Positions 57,165 to 64,000 of a DNA stretch of 64,000 nt are shown piece by piece. Origin of the DNA: a virus. Position 1 is the first letter of the stretch; each line of letters starts with the position of its first letter. The notes beneath the pieces are model-generated. The model was given only the letters and a program-made list of their open reading frames with translations. It ran no database searches and was not told the origin of the DNA. The stretch lies in IMG/VR virus record IMGVR_UViG_3300018080_000001, positions 96,001 through 160,000 of that record. One strand, 5' to 3'. The position numbers were made by a program, and so were the translations under genes.

Positions 57165-57509
57165 TTACTTAAATACGTCCTCCGTATAATACTTACTCTT
57201 TTCACTTCCGATGCGTATCCAAAAATGACAATCCTCTTTTATACCCTTAATTTTGAAAAGATCCTTAGCATACACGCAACTATTAACTATATTCAAGTCC
57301 GTACTATCTAAAACACAAGAGTCTGGTGTCTCTCCATAATTCAAATCACAATGACAACCGAATTTTACATTTTTTTCTTTTTCCTCCAACCATTTGGAGA
57401 TCTTATCAAAAGCCGATATCCAACCTAGTTGAAAGTTACTAGGATCAGAACCAGGTTCATCTTGATTCTCTTTCAAATAATTTTTGATTTCTTCTACTGT
57501 GATTTTCAT
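57165..57509 (-). CDS. Hypothetical protein
   Basis: Start MKITVE after GGAGG RBS and promoter. Confidence 0.6.
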   Translation of the reverse strand: MKITVEEIKNYLKENQDEPGSDPSNFQLGWISAFDKISKWLEEKEKNVKFGCHCDLNYGETPDSCVLDSTDLNIVNSCVYAKDLFKIKGIKEDCHFWIRIGSEKSKYYTEDVFK

Positions 57510-57533
57510 TGTTTTCCTCCCTGTGTTAAGGAA

Positions 57534-57562
57534 AACATAACTCATGTTTTTAGGGCTGTCAA
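57534..57562 (-). promoter_or_regulatory. Sigma70-like promoter
   Basis: TTGACA-N17-TATGTT. Confidence 0.75.
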
Positions 57563-57622
57563 TATATTGAAGTAAGTTTTTTTAACTTTTTTAAATCAGT
57601 GTACGAAATAAGTTTATTTATG

Positions 57623-57808
57623 CTATTCATAATACACAGGTCCCTTTATATCTCGAACAGAAAAATAAACATTACGTTTTATAGCAGCTAAACCAACACG
57701 CATATTAGGGTCTAAGCATAAAACTATATCATATCCAGTAATATTCGAAGCAACATGTAAATTATAATCAAATATACTATCATCCGTTTTTTTACCCAAA
57801 ATCTTCAT
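57623..57808 (-). CDS. MKxLGK-family micro-gene (diverged)
   Basis: MKILGKKTDD... Confidence 0.6.
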   Translation of the reverse strand: MKILGKKTDDSIFDYNLHVASNITGYDIVLCLDPNMRVGLAAIKRNVYFSVRDIKGPVYYE

Positions 57809-57815
57809 GTTTACT

Positions 57816-57895
57816 TGGGGGAGATGGCAGGATTCGAACCTGCATGTTCCCCTTTGGGTGAGTTTTCCACGGTGGCCACCTACTCTACATCTCCC
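57816..57895 (-). ncRNA. tRNA-like element lacking a normal anticodon arm
   Basis: (G)GGAGATG/CATCTCC-C-CCA acceptor, GCAGG-TTCGAAT-CCTGC T-arm, GAGT/ACTC D-stem with oversized loop, anticodon arm reduced to CCC-AAA-GGG. Confidence 0.7.
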
Positions 57896-58097
57896 ATAAA
57901 TTATGAACAAAGCTTATTTTATCATATACTTCTTTCTGTACTTTAAAAATAGCCTTGAACTGAATAAAAAGTCCTAATCTATTAGCAATACCTCTATCTA
58001 CTTTATTTCTATCCGTTATAGAAATACGATAATTAGGATTATTAGCATAAAGATTAGGACTTTCCAGATATTTACAGTACTTCCCTAACTTCCGCAT
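57885..58097 (-). CDS. MKxLGK-family micro-gene (diverged)
   Basis: MRKLGKYCKY... Confidence 0.55.
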   Translation of the reverse strand: MRKLGKYCKYLESPNLYANNPNYRISITDRNKVDRGIANRLGLFIQFKAIFKVQKEVYDKISFVHNLWEM

Positions 58098-58099
58098 TA

Positions 58100-58411
58100 T
58101 TAGTCGGCAACTTGTTGCCAACCACGGGGGAGAAACTCTTGCTGCCGTACAACCTTGTAGTTTCCCACGGGAAGGTCAATAGGCGCGTGCTCATCGTGCA
58201 GCAGCTTAGACTGCTTAAGGCACTCAATATACATCGAAGCTCCCGCCATCATGATAGCGGCCTGTGCACCCGCAGAAAGCCTATGCGTATGACCAGTGAC
58301 TTCACCCCTGGCAACGATGTTGGTAGTCTGCTTTTGAGCATCCTCCGGAATGTCTGCAATCTCCATGATAAGAATGTCGCCCTGCCTACGTTGAATCAGA
58401 TTCTTTTCCAT
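58100..58411 (-). CDS. RQGD...GExTGHxH...HxEH protein (recalled as a usual neighbour of DUF6745 genes)
   Basis: RQGDILI, GEVTGHTH, LLHDEHAPIDLPVGNYKVVRQQEF; AAGGAG RBS. Confidence 0.75.
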   Translation of the reverse strand: MEKNLIQRRQGDILIMEIADIPEDAQKQTTNIVARGEVTGHTHRLSAGAQAAIMMAGASMYIECLKQSKLLHDEHAPIDLPVGNYKVVRQQEFLPRGWQQVAD

Positions 58412-58455
58412 TTTGCATTTCTCCTTTTTTGTTTTTTGTAAATGCCAATTATAAA

Positions 58456-61400
58456 TTACTTTACATACTTTTTCAATTTTCTTGCATCTTGAGCCACGAA
58501 AAAAGTTACTGCGCCAATAGTTATATAAGCTTCGTTAATAGTTTCTATTTTATAACGCAACTTAAGTATTTTATACGAAGAAACTGGTAACTCAATCTGA
58601 GAATATGAATAAATAGTATCTCCCAATATTAATAGATTACTATCACAAACTATGAAATCTTTCGATATTTTTTTTCCTAAATACTTCATACCTTATAATT
58701 TATACCTAGTATATAAAAAATATTTCATTAAATTAGTATTATATGGAACGCTTGATAACTTCATGAACAGGTCTTCTAACAAAAATACGAACTGCTATTT
58801 ATACTCTTTGATATACGCGCATTCTAAGCTCATATATACATAGATAGACGAACGTTGTATAATATCATAACTAAAATCTTGTTGTTTTCCTATGAGTTTC
58901 ATTCACAGCCCCTTAATTGAATGCCAAATCAAAATTCTAATAGTATTATTTACCAAGGTAACAACTGAAGTATTGATCATATCCGATACTGAATAACTAA
59001 TGGGACTACAAACTGAGTACCAGTCTAAGTCCCAAGCAAGCTCTCTAACTGAATATTCGACCGATCTTCCTAATGTTTTCATTTTATAGCATCTACGATT
59101 ACACGTAAAAATAAATTAGAAACAAGATTTCTAACTAAATCTCTAATAAAGTACCAAACTAAATTGTCAACTGAATTCCAAACTGAATTGTTAGTTAAGT
59201 CCCAAACTAAATACCAAACTAACTTTTTAACAGGTTTTCCCAATGTTTTCATTATAATAGATCTTCATATATAAAATTTTCAACAGACATCCGCATTTCT
59301 CCCGTTATATAAAATTCTAAGGAATGACCGAAAATACAAAACCTTTCTGCTATAAAAACCCATACACTATAAGTACTTATGATACTTAGTACTTTTTTGT
59401 ATATAAGACCAGTTTCGGGGTGGACCCTATCATTTTCTTTCCCTAAATCAATACTGATAGTTTTTCCCAAAATCTTCATTATCTTAGTTACAATGTAAGA
59501 GCAATTCTAATATAGTGATCAAGAAAATCTCCGACCTTATAAAATGCGGCGTATTTAATAAAATACCACAAGTCGTTATCTATATTATTAAATAATTTAC
59601 TGTCAAAAAGATCTCGTCCATTATATAGATAATTTTCCAAAGTTTTAGTGCTGGATTTACCTAAATATTTCATTTCCTCACCTTATATTTATAAATAGGA
59701 ATAGAGTTTTTTATATTTCTTTTTACTATTACTTTCAAAAAAGGGATGTCTATAGAACTTCTAATCAGCATACTCGGAGTAGTATCGTGTATAATTTTAT
59801 TAATCATAGTATTTAAATAATCAAAAATGTCGATATTCACAACTTTACTAACAGCATCTCTAGCCATTACACACCGGTTAAAACCAAACATAAAACTTAC
59901 ATTTTTATCTATATTTTTCATGATACAAACTCATAATAAGGAACCATGTGGATTATATTTCTCTGTACTACTTTTTTATAAATAGGAATCTCTATTGAAG
60001 GCACAATTATATGCCAAATAAAAGGATCTAACTTAACAGTGTGTATATAAATAGAAAGATTCTCTTCTATGAATACATAGAGCAAATAACTAACAATTTC
60101 TCGCATTTTTGTATTAACAAATGGAAAATTATAATCCTCAACCAATTCTTCTACCGGTTTACCTATTGAGTTCATTTTATAACCCTAACTAAAAACCTAA
60201 CTGAATCCCAAACTGAATCCCAAACTGAATCCCAAACTGAATCGATAACTGAATTCCTAACTGAATCAATAACTGAATCCCAAACTGAATTCCTAACTGA
60301 ATTCCTAACTGAAGTACTAACTTGTTTTCCTATATTTTTCATTTCATTTACATCCTGTTTTTATAATATCCCCACATATTACCCGGTTTAAAAATTTTGT
60401 ATCGTGGTATGACTCAAGCATACTTGTAATAACACGCTCTAGCACTATATTAGAAACAAAATCATAAACAGTAATGTTGAAAAGATAGGGATAAGCAAGC
60501 GGACCTATTCTAAATGCTATGGCATCAAGACTTGCAAAATATTCTGTATGTTCTGGATTACCTAATATTTTCATTTTATACCCCTAACTGAATGCCAAAC
60601 TGAATCACTAACTGAATTTCTAACTGAATTTCTAACTGAATTTCTAACTGAATACCAAACTGAATACCAAACTGAATTCCTAACTGGATATATAACTAAA
60701 TAACTAACAGGTTTACCTAATGATTTCATTTTATACCCCTAACTGAATGCCAAACTGAAAACCTAACTGAAGCAATAACTAAATCCCTAACTGAAGCATA
60801 AACTGAATCCCAAACTGAGTACCAAACTGAATTACCAACTGAATGCCAAACTGAAGCCCTAACTGAACCCCAAACTGAATTTCTAACTGAATTTCTAACT
60901 GAATTTCTAACTGGTTTTCCTAATGTTTTCATTTTATACCCCTAACTGAAACCCAAATTGAATCCCAAACTGGATTACTAACTAAATATCTTACTGAGTA
61001 ACTTACTGAATACCCAACTAGATCCTTAACTAAACCCCAAACTAAATCACTAACGGAATCAGTAACTGAATCAATAACTGAATCAATAACTGAATCAATA
61101 ACTGAATTTCTAACTAAAATATAGACTGAATTATCAACTGGTTTTCCTAATGTTTTCATTTTATAGACCTAATTGAATTACGGAGTAAGACTCTAGCTAA
61201 ATCCCAAACTGAAGTATTGACTGAATTATTAACTGAAACCCAAACTGAATACCTAACTGAACTACTAACTGAACTACTAACTAAATATCTTACTGAGTAC
61301 CTTACTGAATACCCAACTAGATATCTAACTGGTTTTCCTAATGTTTTCATTTTATAGACCTAACTGAATTACTAACTGAATTCTTAACTGAATCAAAAAC

Positions 61401-61768
61401 GGAATCACTAACTGAATCCCAAACTGAATCCCAAACTGAATTCCAAACTGAATTATTAATTGAATCACTAACTGAATCACAAACTGAATCCCAAACTGGA
61501 TTACTAACTGAAGCTTTAACAGATTCTCCTAATATTTTCATTTTATAACCCAAACTGAATTATTAACTGAATCACTAACTGAATAACTAACTGAATACAC
61601 AACTAAATCCCAAACTGAATACATAACTGAATCCTCAACTGAATCACTAACTGAATCCCAAACTAGCTTATTAACTAACTTAGTACTTAAATCATTAACA
61701 AAATGATAAGTTGAAAGATCAATTGAATCCTTAACTAAATTTCTAACGGGTTTTCCTAATATTTTCAC
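58456..61768 (-). repeat. Tandem array of 16 MKxLGK micro-genes; those at 60172-60342 and 60571-61768 are built from a 12-nt (SVxx) repeat
   Basis: Units: 58456-58689, broken unit starting 58902, 58903-59082, 59079-59252, 59252-59479, 59488-59673, 59670-59921, 59918-60175, 60172-60342, 60344-60574, 60571-60729, 60726-60932, 60929-61159, 61156-61350, 61347-61541, 61538-61768; junction consensus ATAAAATGAAAACATTAGGAAAACC. Confidence 0.9.
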
Positions 61769-61959
61769 TAGAAACCTATAGTAAGGAAGAGAAAATTTTA
61801 ATCATAAAAGCTGTACCAATACCGAGTATAGAAACTGTTAGAAAAATAAAAATAAAAAAATCTATTTTATCTTTAGTTGTAGTTACCAATTTTCTCGATT
61901 TTAGTAGCGGCGGTATTGGTACAACTCCAAATATCATTTTGGACCTCATTTCTCACGTC

Positions 61960-62892
61960 TTAGGTCTCCTGATCGGGATTATAATCTTCAGGTTTCTCAA
62001 AACCAAAGGACTTGGCTACACCTTCAGCCGCTGTCTTGGTCTCAGGAGGAACTCCCAAAGCATACTTTTGATCCGGATGTGTGGAATCAGTAACAATAAC
62101 GAATAGCGATTCGTCATCATTTCCATCAATACCCGTGATACTAACAAGCTTGCCACGATTATCTTCTTGAATGAGCTTGGCTCCAGCATCCTCAAGAAAC
62201 TTCGCAAACCCGTATTTCTCAATCATCGCTCTACGAATCTCTTGGTTCTCTTCACCAAAAATATTCGTCTTGTCCAGCTTCTCCGGCTCCTCAACAATCC
62301 AACCGGGAATTCTAGTACCGTGCCAAGCGTATACGGAATATCCGTCCCTATACTTCACTGCCGGACCATCTTCACAATGCAAGCGGCCTTCATCATCACG
62401 CTTCAGTACTTCCGGCCTATCACAAATAATACAAGCATACTCGAACGGCCACCACCAATGTGCACTCTTGGCCACTTCCATCTGTCCCTCCAGCGGTGCA
62501 ATGATGTCCGGGAGGTAAGGATTGAAGAAATCATAGAATGACAACCAACCTGCGCTGTGTTGCCCGTAACAGCAATTATTGAGCTGCTCTCTGATTTCCT
62601 CATTGGTCACGTCTGGAAGTGGTGGATCTCCTTCTTCGGGAATGCCACCGGCTTTTACCCATTGTGCGGCCAATGTAACGCCAGCCAACGGGCTATCTAC
62701 CCAGGCAAGGGTATGGATGGCTTCAGGGTCAAGGTTAGCTGCTTTGTAAGCTTTACGGATGCCCTCTTCAGCTCTTGGACGATCTGCCGGTTCAGTAGAC
62801 AAACCGATCTTTATCCACTGATCCCTAACGACAGGAATCCTTGCTTCCATCTCTGGGGTCAACTCTTCAATTCTCCTAGTTTCTTCGCTCAT
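61960..62892 (-). CDS. DUF6745-like protein
   Basis: IEELTPE...W..IGLSTEPADR..AE...DSP, YGQHSAGWLSFYDFF, RDDEGRLHCEDGPA..Y.DG..VYAWHG, NQEIRRAMIEKYG, Y.LGVPP...TA.E.VA.SFG...Y.P..ET. Confidence 0.8.
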   Translation of the reverse strand: MSEETRRIEELTPEMEARIPVVRDQWIKIGLSTEPADRPRAEEGIRKAYKAANLDPEAIHTLAWVDSPLAGVTLAAQWVKAGGIPEEGDPPLPDVTNEEIREQLNNCCYGQHSAGWLSFYDFFNPYLPDIIAPLEGQMEVAKSAHWWWPFEYACIICDRPEVLKRDDEGRLHCEDGPAVKYRDGYSVYAWHGTRIPGWIVEEPEKLDKTNIFGEENQEIRRAMIEKYGFAKFLEDAGAKLIQEDNRGKLVSITGIDGNDDESLFVIVTDSTHPDQKYALGVPPETKTAAEGVAKSFGFEKPEDYNPDQET

Positions 62893-62939
62893 TTTTCTAG
62901 TTTTCCTTTCTCAAAAGTTAAAAAATTGTTAACTGAAAA

Positions 62940-63128
62940 TTACTTTTTCAAATTTTGTAAAATATTGTTATAAGTAAAATCAAAAATTATACTATCTGCT
63001 ATTTCTTTATTAAATTTCTTAATTGGAATGAGTAATGTTCCTTTAGTGGAATCCCATATTCTCTCACGAACTTCTCCACTAATATCATATTGTATACGTC
63101 TCAAAACATTCTTTCCTAAAGTCTTCAT
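62940..63128 (-). CDS. MKxLGK-family micro-gene (diverged)
   Basis: MKTLGKNVLRRIQYDISGEVRERIWDS... Confidence 0.6.
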   Translation of the reverse strand: MKTLGKNVLRRIQYDISGEVRERIWDSTKGTLLIPIKKFNKEIADSIIFDFTYNNILQNLKK

Positions 63129-63351
63129 TTTAATTAACCGCACAAGCTCTGTTAAATAAAAAATTACTTTTTATATTTTTATTATTTAACGAGGAAATAA
63201 AATCATTAAACGAAATATTATTTTTTATAAAATTTATATAGCCCCAAAATATGAAATGTCCGAAAAGAACAAAGATTGTATCGGCTAAAAAACAATTACA
63301 AAAGGGTTCGATACTTTTTCCAATATCTCAAAGAAACATAACTTATTAGTT

Positions 63352-64000
63352 TTAAATATCTTTAATCCTTTGTTTAGCAATTATAAAATATTCTTTGTCT
63401 TTTTCAATACCTATAAAATTACGTTTAAGTTTTTTACAGGCTACACCTGTACTGCCACTTCCCATTGTGAAATCTAAAACTGTTTCGCCTTCCAAAGTAT
63501 ATGTTTCTATTAGGTATTCGAGTAAATCAACTGGCTTTTGTGTTGGATGTAACGATTTACCTTTATCCGCAGAACAGCTACGAAAATACAGCGTTTCATT
63601 AGGATATGACATATTTACAGGAATTTCTCTTTTTGATTCCGCAGTCATTTTGCCGTAATTATCAGCTTGTTTCCTTTTAGTTCTTGGGGGCCTTATATTT
63701 TTAGGGTCTTTTTTTGTTAGTTGCGGTTGGTATAGACATTGTTTTTTGTAAAATACTGAAATTATTTCATTTCTTCTCATTGGTTGCTTTTTTGCATTTA
63801 GATGATTAGTGGCCTTATCTTTTTGCCAGATCCAGTCATACTTGAACATTCTTAAATTACTCACCCTTAACATGCTAGAAAAAGGTTCAACACCAAATAG
63901 GCATATAGCACCGCTGTCCTTGATGATACGCTTTAATTCCTTCCACATAGGCTCAAATTCAATAACTATGTCCCATTTACATTGTGTTATATTGTAGGGA
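63352..64000 (-). CDS. DNA N6-adenine / N4-cytosine methyltransferase (5' end outside window)
   Basis: ...PY at the window edge, HPTQKPV, VLDFTMGSGSTG, FIGIEKD. Confidence 0.9.
   Translation of the reverse strand, partial: PYNITQCKWDIVIEFEPMWKELKRIIKDSGAICLFGVEPFSSMLRVSNLRMFKYDWIWQKDKATNHLNAKKQPMRRNEIISVFYKKQCLYQPQLTKKDPKNIRPPRTKRKQADNYGKMTAESKREIPVNMSYPNETLYFRSCSADKGKSLHPTQKPVDLLEYLIETYTLEGETVLDFTMGSGSTGVACKKLKRNFIGIEKDKEYFIIAKQRIKDI

Noticed and set aside
57623-57910. 95-aa ORF as called in the track
   Set aside because: Its N-terminal part runs through the tRNA-like element; the family-typical start MKILGK at 57808 is more plausible.
58456-61768. CRISPR array or diversity-generating retroelement
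   Set aside because: Units are 160-260 bp open reading frames with degenerate junctions, not fixed repeats with short spacers; variation is not adenine-specific (the A of TCA is constant, TCA varies to TTA/CCA); no cas or reverse transcriptase gene in the window.
47298-63340. Stop-codon reassignment suggested by in-frame stops (47469, about 58800, about 63328)
   Set aside because: The interruptions use different codons (TAA, TAG, TGA), and long conserved genes end normally with all three stops; better explained as pseudogenes.
349-63997. Numerous plus-strand ORFs in the track (e.g. 1341-1877, 10911-11729, 11862-12386, 62167-62973)
   Set aside because: They are antisense shadows of well-supported minus-strand genes, without RBS or recognisable motifs; only 14254-14436 and 14507-14833 have promoters and RBSs.

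Overview
A 64 kb, AT-rich segment of a large tailed dsDNA bacteriophage (Caudoviricetes) with standard genetic code, Shine-Dalgarno sites and sigma70-like promoters. Almost all genes are on the minus strand. Left part (1-27 kb): head and packaging module (major capsid protein, decoration protein, scaffold, prohead protease, gp7-like protein, portal, several fibre proteins, terminase). Right part (27-64 kb): accessory and early region. Most notable is a compact three-gene cassette at 28.8-31.05 kb (small precursor peptide, ComQ-like isoprenyl transferase, membrane histidine kinase) that looks like a phage-encoded ComQXP-type prenyl-peptide quorum-sensing system, except that the precursor has no Trp (it ends GAAVYFP) and there is no response regulator. 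Other unusual elements: about 20 mostly translationally coupled MKxLGK micro-genes built from a 12-nt repeat around a DUF6745-like gene; two unannotated structured RNAs (45.2 and 49.8 kb); an anticodon-less tRNA-like element; an IscB PLMP (RRXRR)-like domain fused to the gene after the capsid protein; five paralogous beta-helix fibre genes with duplication scars and RBS-sequestering hairpins; and a two-gene plus-strand insertion. All family assignments come from motif recognition by eye; no searches were run.
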